Numbered from the stretch's first letter, positions 1 to 10,197 are shown. The stretch is DNA of 64,000 bases from an uncultured Gammaproteobacteria bacterium (GCA_964649615.1 CAZYPW010000003.1:30132-94131), one strand, 5' to 3'. Made by a program: numbers and translations. Notes: generated by a model from the letters alone, not told the origin.

Positions 1-339
1 CCCTTAAGGCGGGGAGTAGTTGGTATTGCTATAGCTTATTTTGGTTTTAAACCGCTAAAAGATTACAGAGGTAAAAAAGATTTGTTTGGCAGAAAGTTCA
101 TAATGGAAACATCAAATTTTCCAGACAGCCTGGCAACAGCTGCAGTTTTAGAGATGGGAGAAGGGAAAGAAGGAAAACCGATTGCCATAATAGAAGATAT
201 TTTAGATTTGGAATTTATCCAAAAAGAATTTAGGCCAAAATCAAAAGATGATGCTTTTGAAATTCCTGAAAAGATGGATATGTTTTATCCGCTGCTTTCT
301 TCTGTTAAGTGGAAGAAAGGCGGGAGCGGAAAAAATTAA
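1..339 (+). CDS. CofE-like (F420-0:gamma-glutamyl ligase family) protein, C-terminal part, truncated by the window start
   Basis: Frame 1 is open from base 1: PLRRGVVGIAIAYFGFKPLKDYRGKKDLFGR...DSLATAAVLEMGEGKEGKPIAII, matching the PxRxG / DYRGxxDLFGR / MGE motifs of the CofE family. Confidence 0.8.
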   Translation, partial: PLRRGVVGIAIAYFGFKPLKDYRGKKDLFGRKFIMETSNFPDSLATAAVLEMGEGKEGKPIAIIEDILDLEFIQKEFRPKSKDDAFEIPEKMDMFYPLLSSVKWKKGGSGKN

Positions 340-1231
340 CAGTTTCTCTTAGGCCTTCATCTAAATTCACTTTTGCATTCCAGCCTAATTCTTGTTTTAT
401 TTTTTGTGATGATGCAACAAGTTTGCTAACATCCCCTTTTCTCTCACCCTTATCCTCAATTTCTACATCATATCCTACTATTTCAAAGATTTTTTTTACA
501 ACATCAATCACTTTAACTCCTGTCTCTGTCCCAACATTATATATATGCAGCCCTTCTTTAGATAAAGGTAAGATATGGGCAGATGTTAAATCATTAATAT
601 AGATAAAATCTCTTATCTGTTCACCCTTCCAAAAAAGTGGGATAGGTTTTTTTGCCAAAGCAGCTTTTATAAAATTTGGTATAGCATGAGTTTCAGGAGT
701 ATGCAGCTCCCCTGGCCCATAAGGATTAAAGTAACGCAGGATTATGACATCAAAGCCAAATATCTTATGATAGAGTATGCAAAATTGCTCCATGGATACT
801 TTAGTCAAACCATAAGGATTCTCCTGTTCCCCCAGAGGGTCATCCTCCAAGATAGGTGTTTTGGTTGGAGTTCCATAAACACAAGCACTGGAGGAAAAAA
901 TAATTTTTTTAACATTAGTTTTTCTCATTGCCTCCAAAAGCTTAACAGTTCCCAAAATATTATTTTCTGCAAAGATAACTGGTTGTTTGACAGATTCCCC
1001 AACTTCTATAAAGGATGCCATATGGATTACTGCGTCATGCCCGGGCAATATTTTTTCTAAATCCTGCTGGTTTAGTAAATCTATCTTATGAAAAGAAGCC
1101 CTTTTATCTATTAAATTTTGATAACCTTTGGATAAGTTATCAACTATGGTAACTGAATGCCCGGTGTTGAGTAAAAGCTCGCAAACATGCGAGCCAATAA
1201 ATCCTGCCCCGCCTGTAACTAAAATTTTCAT
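305..1231 (-). CDS. galE: UDP-glucose 4-epimerase (extended SDR)
   Basis: TGGAGFIGSH, VGESV..P, FSSSACVYG, YGLTK (YxxxK), LRYFN, PETH motifs. Confidence 0.8.
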   Translation of the reverse strand: MKILVTGGAGFIGSHVCELLLNTGHSVTIVDNLSKGYQNLIDKRASFHKIDLLNQQDLEKILPGHDAVIHMASFIEVGESVKQPVIFAENNILGTVKLLEAMRKTNVKKIIFSSSACVYGTPTKTPILEDDPLGEQENPYGLTKVSMEQFCILYHKIFGFDVIILRYFNPYGPGELHTPETHAIPNFIKAALAKKPIPLFWKGEQIRDFIYINDLTSAHILPLSKEGLHIYNVGTETGVKVIDVVKKIFEIVGYDVEIEDKGERKGDVSKLVASSQKIKQELGWNAKVNLDEGLRETVNFFRSRLSST

Positions 1232-1276
1232 ATTTTAAACAATTTTAGCATAATGATATTATGTTAGATACTTTTA

Positions 1277-2800
1277 ATGTTTAATATAAAAACTATTCAT
1301 CTTTTGTTTTTAATTTTTGCTGCTTCTTTACTAATAAGATTTTTATATTTTCCAGAAAATATCTATTTTGGTTATGACCAGGCCAGAGATGCTTTTGCCA
1401 CAGCTGAAATTTTATCTGGGAATTTAAAAGTAGTTGGCCCTCCAACTACATTTACTGGTTTGAACCACGGAGTGCTATATTATTATCTTTATTCGCCATT
1501 TTATTTTTTAGACAGTGGAGATCCTTCATTTCCTGCAGCTTTCTTAAGAATTATTAATGCCACGGGTATTTTTTTAGTTTTTTTATTAACATCAGTTTTA
1601 TTTAATAAATATGTAGGTTTAATTTCGAGCCTACTGTTTGCTTTTTCTTTTGAACAAACCCAATTTGCCCTTTACTTAAATCACCCATCTTTAGCTGTTG
1701 TAAGCATCTTGATAATGTATTTAGGATTAGCACTTTTGATATTTAAAAAAAAGAGACTAGGGCTTATAGTTGCAAGTTTGGGTTTAGGGTTATCTATCCA
1801 ATTTGAATTTATTTTAACTTATTTAATTGTGCCTTTTATTGCCATGCTAATCTATCTTAGAAAAGAAATAAAGATTAACTTAAAAGATATTCTGGTTGCT
1901 ACTTTAGTTTTTTTACTGAGCATATCAAGTTTTATAGTGGGTGAGTTTAAATTTGGCTTTACGTCTTTTCAATCTCTCCCTTCTCTTTTTTTGGGAGCTG
2001 AAAAATCTATTAGTAATATATTTGCAGGATATATATATAGCATAGATCAGATGATTAGGTTTAATTTTGGCTTGCACCAGCATAATTTTTTGTTTGTAAT
2101 TGCTTTACTTGCTTTTCTAAAACTACTTTTTTCAAAAGTAAAAAAACAAATGATCTTTTTGGGTTTTTGGTTTTTTTCTGTTTTCTTAATATATATTGTT
2201 AGTGGTGGAGGAGATAGCAGTTCATCAGTTGTTCAATATCATCCAAATGTGGGGACTTCAATTAGTTTATTAATTTTTATTTCTTACCTAATCTATAGTC
2301 TATTTTTAAAATCCAGAGTGCTTGCAGCATTAGTTCTAATTATAATTATTGGCTTAAATCTATCAATGATTTTAAAATTTAACCAAACAGGCAGTATAGC
2401 TGAAATTAATGCCCAATCAGGGATGCTTTTATCAGATGAAAAAAAGGTCTTAGATTTTATCTACCAGGATAGCCAAGGCAAACTATTTGCTGTCAAAGCC
2501 ATCACCATGCCTTTTTATATTAATACTACCTGGAGTTATTTATTTGAGTGGTATGGATTACAAAAATATGGATATTTACCCATTTGGGGTGGGAAAAATG
2601 CCTTAGGCTACGGGGGTAATTTAGTAGTAGAAACAGCCCAGGACAAATTACCTGATATTCGTTTTCTAATCATAGAGCCTATTAGAGGTATACCCCAACA
2701 TCTTATCAATGAATTTTTAGAAGAGGAAAGTTATTTTAGTGATATACTTCTAGACATAAAAATTGGTAAATTTACAGTACAAAAAAGAATTAAAAAATAA
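1277..2800 (+). CDS. GT-C fold (ArnT/PMT-like) membrane glycosyltransferase
   Basis: Polytopic; GYDQARD acidic loop after TM1, GP..., LYYY; soluble C-terminal domain; paralog of 2809 and of the C-terminal half of 18326. Confidence 0.7.
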   Translation: MFNIKTIHLLFLIFAASLLIRFLYFPENIYFGYDQARDAFATAEILSGNLKVVGPPTTFTGLNHGVLYYYLYSPFYFLDSGDPSFPAAFLRIINATGIFLVFLLTSVLFNKYVGLISSLLFAFSFEQTQFALYLNHPSLAVVSILIMYLGLALLIFKKKRLGLIVASLGLGLSIQFEFILTYLIVPFIAMLIYLRKEIKINLKDILVATLVFLLSISSFIVGEFKFGFTSFQSLPSLFLGAEKSISNIFAGYIYSIDQMIRFNFGLHQHNFLFVIALLAFLKLLFSKVKKQMIFLGFWFFSVFLIYIVSGGGDSSSSVVQYHPNVGTSISLLIFISYLIYSLFLKSRVLAALVLIIIIGLNLSMILKFNQTGSIAEINAQSGMLLSDEKKVLDFIYQDSQGKLFAVKAITMPFYINTTWSYLFEWYGLQKYGYLPIWGGKNALGYGGNLVVETAQDKLPDIRFLIIEPIRGIPQHLINEFLEEESYFSDILLDIKIGKFTVQKRIKK

Positions 2801-2808
2801 AAGCCAAT

Positions 2809-4329
2809 ATGAATTCTGTTAATAAATTAATTTTAATAATTTTATTTATAGGGGTTTTATTTAAGCTAGCATTAACTGGGAGTGGCAGCTTTTTGTTTAA
2901 TATGGATAATGCTAGAGATTTAGTTGATGTGAGAGAAATGGTGGTTTTACAAAAATTAAGGTTAATAGGCCCAACTTCTGCCATTGAAGGGTTATTTAAC
3001 GGGCCAGCCTGGTATTATCTTTTGGCAGTGCCAATTATTCTAAGTAATGGAGATCCTTACTCTACTATTGTCTTGCAAATTGTCCTTTGGGCAGTGGGTG
3101 GGTTTTTCCTTCTAAAAATTGTTTCAAAGTGGAATAAATTATTAATACTGTCAATTGGCTTTTTATGGGTGGCATCTGATTATATAAATTTAGCTACTTC
3201 ATATGCATTTAATCCAAATCCGCTCACTTTACTAAGCCCACTTTTTATATATCTTTTATATAAGTATTTGGAAACCAGTAAATTATTTTTTATTTCATCT
3301 GCTTTTTTTCTGGGCGGATTATTTTTTAATTTTGAGATGAATTTTGGAATTTTTATCCCAGCAATTATTTTTACAACTATCTTTATTTTAAACAAACAGC
3401 TTTTAAAAACAAAATCTTTTTGGATAGGTTCTTTATTTTTTATTGCCTGTTTGCTGCCACAGCTGATGTTTGAGCTAAGGCATAATTTTTTTATGGCCAA
3501 CTCTGTAATTAATTTTTTAAGAAATAGTGAAACACCTTTTTTTAATATCTTTATCAGGTTTCAGTCTTTAACAGATAGTTTTTTCAGTGTATTTTCAGCC
3601 ACTCTAATGAATCATAGGACACTTAGTTTTCTGATTCTTTTACTTTTTATTCCCATCCTGACCAATCTTATAAAGCAAAAACAAATGGATAAAATTGCCT
3701 TAATTTCTTTAATATACATCTTTCTGCCATTTTTCCTTTATCTTTTCCTGCCAGTCACAGTAAATGCCTGGCATTTAGGCGGGCCAGCATCAGCAGCAAT
3801 CATCTTGATAGGATTTTTATTTAAAAAACTCTGGGAATATAATTTAGTTGGAAAAGCTATATCTTTAACTCTTTCTATCATGATCTTTTGGTATGCAATC
3901 TTTGGGATTGGTAAGTTTATCTTTCAGGATAGGTTTACTGCTAACTTAGACCCCTCACTTTATAAAAATGAGATAGCAGCTATAGATTATGTCTATAAAT
4001 ATGCCAAAGGTGAAAATTTCAAAGTATTTGTGTTTATGCCTTCAATCATAGATTATCCTTACCAATACTTATTTTGGTGGTATGGAAAAAAAGAATATGG
4101 ATATATTCCTTATGAATATGCTTATGCTCCCAATAAGCCCCAATATATTAGCAACAAAGATAAATTTGAAGGAAGTAAAGAAAATTATAAAGGATTAGTC
4201 TTTTTAATTAAGGAACCCAATAGGGGCTTTAATTATAAAAGTGGTTGGGAAGCAGACTATAGATTTATGGAGCTTATTGCTCAGAACAAAGTAGGTAATC
4301 TAGAGATAGAGGTTAGGAAGGAATATTAA
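2809..4329 (+). CDS. GT-C fold (ArnT/PMT-like) membrane glycosyltransferase
   Basis: NMDNARD loop, LIGP, GPAWYY, YQYLFWWYG; many hydrophobic helices. Confidence 0.7.
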   Translation: MNSVNKLILIILFIGVLFKLALTGSGSFLFNMDNARDLVDVREMVVLQKLRLIGPTSAIEGLFNGPAWYYLLAVPIILSNGDPYSTIVLQIVLWAVGGFFLLKIVSKWNKLLILSIGFLWVASDYINLATSYAFNPNPLTLLSPLFIYLLYKYLETSKLFFISSAFFLGGLFFNFEMNFGIFIPAIIFTTIFILNKQLLKTKSFWIGSLFFIACLLPQLMFELRHNFFMANSVINFLRNSETPFFNIFIRFQSLTDSFFSVFSATLMNHRTLSFLILLLFIPILTNLIKQKQMDKIALISLIYIFLPFFLYLFLPVTVNAWHLGGPASAAIILIGFLFKKLWEYNLVGKAISLTLSIMIFWYAIFGIGKFIFQDRFTANLDPSLYKNEIAAIDYVYKYAKGENFKVFVFMPSIIDYPYQYLFWWYGKKEYGYIPYEYAYAPNKPQYISNKDKFEGSKENYKGLVFLIKEPNRGFNYKSGWEADYRFMELIAQNKVGNLEIEVRKEY

Positions 4330-4744
4330 AATTAATTTCTATTCTTCGTTTGTCTTTTGCTATTTTGTGGATTTTAATCTTGAAAGCATTTTTGGGAAGA
4401 GTTTCTAATTTTTCCGCCCATTCAATTACTACTATATTATTAGAGTCTGAGAAAATCTCTTCCAAACCAAGACTCAAAATATCCGATTTTTCTTCCAGGC
4501 GGTAAAGATCGATATGAAAGAGATTTTTTGTACTATTGGGAATTTGATGTTGGCGGATTAAGATGTAGGTTGGAGAGATAATTTTTTCTTTAATACCTAA
4601 ACCTTTAGCAAAGCCTTGAACAAAAGTAGTTTTTCCTGCCCCCAATTCTCCGCTTAGAGCAATAATTCTTCCTTTTAATTCTTTAGCCAGTTTAGCTGCT
4701 AAATTTTTAGTTTCTTTTTCAGATTTTGTAATTATCTTTGCCAT
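4313..4744 (-). CDS. tsaE: tRNA threonylcarbamoyladenosine biosynthesis ATPase TsaE
   Basis: GELGAGKT, SPTY, HIDLYRL, IEWAE motifs. Confidence 0.95.
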   Translation of the reverse strand: MAKIITKSEKETKNLAAKLAKELKGRIIALSGELGAGKTTFVQGFAKGLGIKEKIISPTYILIRQHQIPNSTKNLFHIDLYRLEEKSDILSLGLEEIFSDSNNIVVIEWAEKLETLPKNAFKIKIHKIAKDKRRIEINFNIPS

Positions 4745-5892
4745 AAATTTATTCCTTTATTTTTTAAAACAATATAGCTAAGAATTGTTACTCCTGCAAC
4801 CATCATCATAATTCCAGTAATAGAAAAAAGATTGATACCTTTACTGCTTTTGTCTTCAGTTTTAATTCCAGCTACAGTTGCTATTTCATTATCTTTAGAT
4901 AAATTAGATGGGGAAGGAGATAGGGTTTTAGATGGAGAAGTGGCAGTTGGGGCAGGAGTAGCAGATTTTGTTGGAATAGGGTTGTTTTGAATAGTGGGTT
5001 GAGGAGTAGAACTAGAATTTATTTTAAGATTGCTTTCATTACTCCAAGTAGGTCCTGAACCAGATGATGTTAATCTGCCTACTTTAAAAGTGTAATCGCC
5101 AGATCCTTTAAAATCCTTGTCATTAATATCTGGTTTCACTTCTAAATTACCATTCCAATTACCAGTAGAATCTGTAGTAATTTTGTATTGATCAGAATAT
5201 TCATCTCCATACTCAACCCAGTCAGAATTTTTGGTTAGCCCAAAATATCTGGTTCCATCTGCTAATTTAAAAGCACCTTTTAAGTAATAAATAGTGCTGG
5301 GATTATTAGGAATTGATAAAGTTACTTTAACACTAAAGGATTGGTTAGAGTTTATTTGAGATGGGACATCACTTATAGTGAAAGAAGATGTTGAAGTGGC
5401 TGTAGGAGTTGGAGTGGTAGTTGGAGTAGGGGTGGGAGAAGCTGTGGACAATGAACTACAGATAATAGATGATTTTGTTGCATCAATATTAGTTTGCCAG
5501 TTGCCACCGTCAGGCACTCTACTGAAAGTCTTGCTTTGTGTTGTTGAAGTATAGGTATAACTATCGATTTCACCATTTTGATCATCCAAAGAAACAGTAT
5601 CCCCATCATTATTTAAACTAGATCCTGAGAATTCAAAATAACATAAAGAACTAGCTGGAAATAAAACAGATGGGAGAGAATGAGAATTAATATTTCCAGA
5701 AGAAGTTTTTTCTTTAATAGTCCATTGATCAAGATTTACTTCTGATGATGAAGTATTTATTAATTCAACCCATTCTTTTTCTCCAGTTGATGGGTTAGCC
5801 ATAATTTCATTTATTACAACAGTTGCAGCAAAAACAGGTCTTACCCCAATAAAGAGAAATAGGATAGTAAAAACTAGTGGCAGTATTCTCAC
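4732..5892 (-). CDS. Membrane-anchored surface protein with lamin-tail domain and Pro/Thr/Ser-rich linkers
   Basis: Signal peptide; VVINEIMANP...EWVELIN...LNNDGDTVSL (lamin-tail-like); PT repeats; C-terminal TM followed by basic residues. Confidence 0.75.
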   Translation of the reverse strand: MRILPLVFTILFLFIGVRPVFAATVVINEIMANPSTGEKEWVELINTSSSEVNLDQWTIKEKTSSGNINSHSLPSVLFPASSLCYFEFSGSSLNNDGDTVSLDDQNGEIDSYTYTSTTQSKTFSRVPDGGNWQTNIDATKSSIICSSLSTASPTPTPTTTPTPTATSTSSFTISDVPSQINSNQSFSVKVTLSIPNNPSTIYYLKGAFKLADGTRYFGLTKNSDWVEYGDEYSDQYKITTDSTGNWNGNLEVKPDINDKDFKGSGDYTFKVGRLTSSGSGPTWSNESNLKINSSSTPQPTIQNNPIPTKSATPAPTATSPSKTLSPSPSNLSKDNEIATVAGIKTEDKSSKGINLFSITGIMMMVAGVTILSYIVLKNKGINLWQR

Positions 5893-5914
5893 TATCTTAA
5901 TAGTAAATCAAACT

Positions 5915-7081
5915 CTAAAGAATATGCCAATACAAAGTAACAATGCCATTTTGGTGGTCCACCACCACCCCTTTTCCAATAGGACTTCCTCCGGAAATAT
6001 TATAACTACAGGCAGCTTGAGTTGAATAAGCCATACCCTTTTCCGATGCAATTATTGGTTTACCTAAGCCACCTCCACCAAGCGGCGCAATATCTAAACC
6101 TGTATGGGTTCCCAAGAAGTATATTTCACCATACTTTGTAGTAATCCACCAATCTCCTCCCGGAAATCCTTGTAGAGGGGAACCCAATCTACCATCGCCT
6201 AAATAGTTATTTGGGTCAACTCTGTTACCTATGATTCTTCCTCCCTCTACCTTGGCATTTTCAAAAACTTCAAAGTGCAAATGAGGGCCTGTTGAACATC
6301 CTGTTGATCCCATTGCGGCAATAACTTGACCTTTTGTAACAGGACCAATAACTGGGCCAATGTTTGATATAGCTTGGGCAATGGAGACCAGTTCTGCTCG
6401 AAGTTGGGTAATTAGTCCCTGATACTTTGCTTCATCGTTTTTAGTTACCCTAAGTAATTCTTCTTTTGCCTTCTTTTGTTCATCTAATTGTTTTTTATAA
6501 ATTTCTAAATCTTTATTTAATTTCTCTGCTTCTTTTTGCCTGGTTTCCTTATCTTGTTTTTGTTCATTATAAGCAAGTTTAGTGGCCTGCAGCTCGTATA
6601 ATTTTTTCTTGTCATAAGATTGGGCAACCTGGATATATTTAAGCCTTTCTATTAAATCTGCAAATCCATGGGATGAAAAAAGTAGGTCTATGGTGGAGAT
6701 AGCATTGCTGTATTTATAAGTTTGGACAATTCTTTTAAGCAGCAGTTCAGATAAAACATCTAAAGATCCAGAGATCCTATCAATTCTTGTAGATAAATCA
6801 TTAATTTCTCTTTCTAGTTTCTCTATTTTTAAAGTGGTTTCTTCTATTTTTAAGGTAGTAATCTTGGTTTGCCCATCAATTAAATTTAGTTGAGAACTTA
6901 AAGTTCTTTCTCTGCCTCTGGTTTCTTGAAGTTGGCTTTCTAACTTAGCAATCTCTGCTTGCTTGTCTTGTATCTGCTTTGATAAATCATTGGCATCTTG
7001 AGCAGAAACAGTTGGTAGTAAAAATAGGAAGGTTAGTAGAAGCAAAATGATACCTCTACCAACTTTAAACTTTAAACTCAT
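5915..7081 (-). CDS. Coiled-coil M23 family peptidoglycan hydrolase (EnvC/PcsB-like position) with a circularly permuted M23 domain
   Basis: Signal peptide, long coiled coil, GSTGCSTGPHLHFEV followed by HTGLD and terminal TLYWH; directly downstream of ftsX. Confidence 0.8.
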   Translation of the reverse strand: MSLKFKVGRGIILLLLTFLFLLPTVSAQDANDLSKQIQDKQAEIAKLESQLQETRGRERTLSSQLNLIDGQTKITTLKIEETTLKIEKLEREINDLSTRIDRISGSLDVLSELLLKRIVQTYKYSNAISTIDLLFSSHGFADLIERLKYIQVAQSYDKKKLYELQATKLAYNEQKQDKETRQKEAEKLNKDLEIYKKQLDEQKKAKEELLRVTKNDEAKYQGLITQLRAELVSIAQAISNIGPVIGPVTKGQVIAAMGSTGCSTGPHLHFEVFENAKVEGGRIIGNRVDPNNYLGDGRLGSPLQGFPGGDWWITTKYGEIYFLGTHTGLDIAPLGGGGLGKPIIASEKGMAYSTQAACSYNISGGSPIGKGVVVDHQNGIVTLYWHIL

Positions 7082-7083
7082 AC

Positions 7084-7956
7084 CTAGATCCTCAAATATC
7101 TTCTGACAGCCCCATATGAACCAAGCCCGCCAATAAAAATAGCAACCAAAATACTGGCACCTAAAAGCCCCAACATAAAAAAGAGATTAACAGGTAAAAG
7201 TTTTAACTCACCCAAGTATCCTTGTAGAAAAGGGGTAAAATACCAAATTAAAAGATAAGCGATAATCCAGGAGAATGTGGCTCCTGTTATACCATAAAAC
7301 ACCCCTTCTAAAATAAAAGGATTCCTAATAAAGGAAGGAGAAGCACCCAAAAGGCGCATTATTTCTATTTCACTTCTTTTTAATCTAATTTTAAATCCAA
7401 TAATCATTAGTATCACCAGGATAGAAAAAATCATCAGAAAGCCAACTATTACTCCTCCAATAATTCTGATAATTGAGGTAACTGAGGTTAAAGTTTCCAC
7501 TACATCTTCTGGTACAATTACTTCAGAAACCACAGGTTCTCTTTTTAGGATTTCTGCAATGGGAGTTAAATCATCCGGAGTTTTGGTAGAAACCTCCAAA
7601 GAAGCAGGCAGAATGTTGGCAGTTACCAACTCAAGCAAAGCCGGGTCATTTTTGTTTTTCTCCCTGTAAATTTCTAAAGCTTGCTCTTGAGAAACAAATT
7701 CAGTGCTGGTAACCCTTGTTTCCTGCTTTAGGGCATTTTCTATAGCTGAGATATCCTGGTTGGTGATACCTTCCTTAAAGAAAGCTATTACCTGGGGCTT
7801 ACTTTCAAAATATTTCAAGGCTGCTTGTGAACCCAGGGCAACCAGGATAAAGGTTTGCAGCGCTAAAAAGGTCAAAAACATCACCATACAGGCAGCTATA
7901 GCCTGGAATGGAGTGCGTTTTATATTTCTCCTGGCAAAGGTAATGCTTCTGTTCAT
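7084..7956 (-). CDS. ftsX: Cell division permease-like protein FtsX
   Basis: FVSQEQAL, NILPAS, EIEIMRLLGA...IRNPFILEG; adjacent to ftsE. Confidence 0.92.
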   Translation of the reverse strand: MNRSITFARRNIKRTPFQAIAACMVMFLTFLALQTFILVALGSQAALKYFESKPQVIAFFKEGITNQDISAIENALKQETRVTSTEFVSQEQALEIYREKNKNDPALLELVTANILPASLEVSTKTPDDLTPIAEILKREPVVSEVIVPEDVVETLTSVTSIIRIIGGVIVGFLMIFSILVILMIIGFKIRLKRSEIEIMRLLGASPSFIRNPFILEGVFYGITGATFSWIIAYLLIWYFTPFLQGYLGELKLLPVNLFFMLGLLGASILVAIFIGGLGSYGAVRRYLRI

Positions 7957-8634
7957 TTAACTACTATACTTTCCTTCTTTAGTATCTGCTGCTACTTTAC
8001 CTTTTTTAATGATAATCACTCTTCTTTTTAAAGTATTTACTATCTCTTGATTATGGGTGGCCATCACCACAGTAGTGCCCCAGGAGTTTATTTCATTTAG
8101 AAGCTGGATTACTCCCCAGGCTGTTTTAGGGTCTAAATCTCCTGTTGGCTCATCTGCTAGCAGGATATCTGGTTTTCCTACAATGGCCCTGGCAATGGCA
8201 GTTCTTTGGGCCTCTCCGCCTGAGAGTTGCCTGGGGAAAAGGTTTCTTTTATCCCAAATTTCCACTAGTTTAAGTATATGTTCAACTTGTTTTGCAATCT
8301 CTTCATCTTTTTTATCTAAAACCTCCAAAGCCAGAGCCACGTTCTCAAAAACTGTCCTGTCATCAAGCAGTTTAAAATCCTGAAAGACAATTCCTACCTT
8401 TCTTCTTAAATTTGGAACATCTTTAGTTTTCAATCTGGCAATATCAATATTATTGATAAAAACTTTGCCCATTGAGGGTAATACTTCCCTGGTTAAAATT
8501 CTCAACAGAGTAGATTTGCCAGCACCTGAAGGACCTACCAGAAAAACAAATTCACCTTGTTTTATCTCGATAGAAATGTTATCTAAGGCAAGAGTTTGCC
8601 CATATTTTTTTGAGACTGACTGAAATAAAATCAT
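7957..8634 (-). CDS. ftsE: Cell division ATP-binding protein FtsE
   Basis: GPSGAGKST, VFQDFKLL, LSGGE, ADEPTG. Confidence 0.92.
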   Translation of the reverse strand: MILFQSVSKKYGQTLALDNISIEIKQGEFVFLVGPSGAGKSTLLRILTREVLPSMGKVFINNIDIARLKTKDVPNLRRKVGIVFQDFKLLDDRTVFENVALALEVLDKKDEEIAKQVEHILKLVEIWDKRNLFPRQLSGGEAQRTAIARAIVGKPDILLADEPTGDLDPKTAWGVIQLLNEINSWGTTVVMATHNQEIVNTLKRRVIIIKKGKVAADTKEGKYSS

Positions 8635-8637
8635 TGA

Positions 8638-9081
8638 TCACTTGACTTCCTCAACTTTACCTACATCCATTAACCAGCCTTCTTTTAAGGCTTTTTGAGT
8701 TTCACCATAAACTTTTACTTTTTTGCCTTCATATTGGGACAGATCAACTACAGATGAGGTTAAAGCCACAGGCACTGCACCTTCTCTTTCTAAAATATGG
8801 GTTCCTTCAGTATATTCAGCTGGATTTTTAGGTTGAGATTTAACTTTGATGACTCCTTCTGCAAAATCTCTAAAGGTTTTTGTATCTTGCTGAGCACTTT
8901 TAGGAGCTGTAGCTACACTAGGGACAGCGAGCCCAGATTTTCCTCCACTTCTTGCCATAATCACACCTGAAACAACACCTAAAACTAAAGCTGTACCCAC
9001 AACCAAAGAGAGAAGTTTTACAGGGTCGGAAGAGGTATCAATCAGCTTTTTGGTTATTTTCTCAACATGAGTATTTTCCAT
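8638..9081 (-). CDS. Hypothetical single-pass membrane protein with small beta-rich (OB-like) C-terminal domain
   Basis: One TM segment, then YEGKKVKVYGET; AAGGAG upstream; 3 bp from ftsE start. Confidence 0.6.
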   Translation of the reverse strand: MENTHVEKITKKLIDTSSDPVKLLSLVVGTALVLGVVSGVIMARSGGKSGLAVPSVATAPKSAQQDTKTFRDFAEGVIKVKSQPKNPAEYTEGTHILEREGAVPVALTSSVVDLSQYEGKKVKVYGETQKALKEGWLMDVGKVEEVK

Positions 9082-9123
9082 ATATTGTCTCCTTATATAT
9101 TAAACATAAATTGAGTACTTTGT

Positions 9124-10197
9124 CTACCCTTTAGTTTTAAGCTCAGCTTCAATAAATTCATCTAAGTTCCCATCTAAAACTGCCTCTGTGTCTGAAGTTT
9201 CCACATTAGTCCGCAAATCCTTTACCATATGATAAGGGTGCAGCACATAAGATCTGATCTGGGTTCCCCAGGAACCTTGGGTATTGTTGCCTTTTAACTG
9301 TTTAGTTAACTGTTTTTTTTCTTCTTCTTGTTTCTGCCACAATTTTGCCCTTAACATCTTCAAAGCATTTTCCCTGTTTTGTAGTTGTGACCTTTCTGTT
9401 TGGCAGGTTACTACAATACCAGAAGGAATATGTTTTAATCTAACTGCCGTTGAAACTTTATTAACATTTTGTCCTCCTGCACCTCCTGATCTAAAGGCTT
9501 CAAACTCCAAATCTGCTTCATTTATTTCTACCTCAGTTGAATCTTCGATAACTGGTAGAACCTCAACTAGAGCAAAAGAAGTTTGCCTTAATTTATCTGC
9601 ATTAAAAGGGGACTGCCTAACTAATCTATGGGTGCCTTTTTCTCCTTTTAAATAACCAAAGGCAAAGCTCTCATGGACTATCATAGAAAAAGTTTTATAT
9701 CCCGCTTCTTCCCCAGGCATTTCATCTGTAATTTCAAAACTCCAATCCTTTTTCTCAAAATATCTTTGATACATTCTGGAAAGCATAGCTGCCCAATCCA
9801 TAGCCTCTACTCCTCCAGCACCGGAATGGACAGATAAAATTGCTTCAGCTTCGTCATGTGGATTTGATAAAAACAGTTTCAGTTCCAGCTGATCCAATAT
9901 TTTACCAAGTTCACTAGTTTCTTTTTTTAATTCTTCCATCATCTCCTGCTCCTGCGAGATTTCCAAAGCATTATTTATTCTGCTTTCCAATTCTTCCAAA
10001 GTTTGGAGCGTCTTTTGTTTGTCTGACAGCTGGCGGCTGACAGCTGAAGACTCATTACGATCATTCCAAAACCCTTCTTTCATAGTCTGTGCCTCAAGTT
10101 CCCTGATTTCTTTCCTTAAGATATCCTGATCCATCTGTTCAGAAATCTTTGTAAATCTTTCTTTTAATTCTTTTAATTTATTCTGTATTTCTTCCAT
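9124..10197 (-). CDS. prfB: Peptide chain release factor 2 (no programmed frameshift)
   Basis: SPF specificity tripeptide (RQSPFN) and GGQ motif; continuous ORF. Confidence 0.95.
   Translation of the reverse strand: MEEIQNKLKELKERFTKISEQMDQDILRKEIRELEAQTMKEGFWNDRNESSAVSRQLSDKQKTLQTLEELESRINNALEISQEQEMMEELKKETSELGKILDQLELKLFLSNPHDEAEAILSVHSGAGGVEAMDWAAMLSRMYQRYFEKKDWSFEITDEMPGEEAGYKTFSMIVHESFAFGYLKGEKGTHRLVRQSPFNADKLRQTSFALVEVLPVIEDSTEVEINEADLEFEAFRSGGAGGQNVNKVSTAVRLKHIPSGIVVTCQTERSQLQNRENALKMLRAKLWQKQEEEKKQLTKQLKGNNTQGSWGTQIRSYVLHPYHMVKDLRTNVETSDTEAVLDGNLDEFIEAELKTKG

Noticed and set aside
5395-5450. Tandem DNA repeat-like tract (ggagtt/ggagta)
   Set aside because: Explained by Pro-Thr codons of the linker; the units are degenerate.
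10023-10046. cagctggcgg half-match to the 16-bp palindrome inside prfB, within a ctgacagctg direct repeat
   Set aside because: Only 10 bp match, not palindromic, and no apparent length change in RF2.
9124-10197. Programmed +1 frameshift in prfB
   Set aside because: The ORF is continuous and has no CTT-TGA site near the N-terminus; loss of the frameshift is common.
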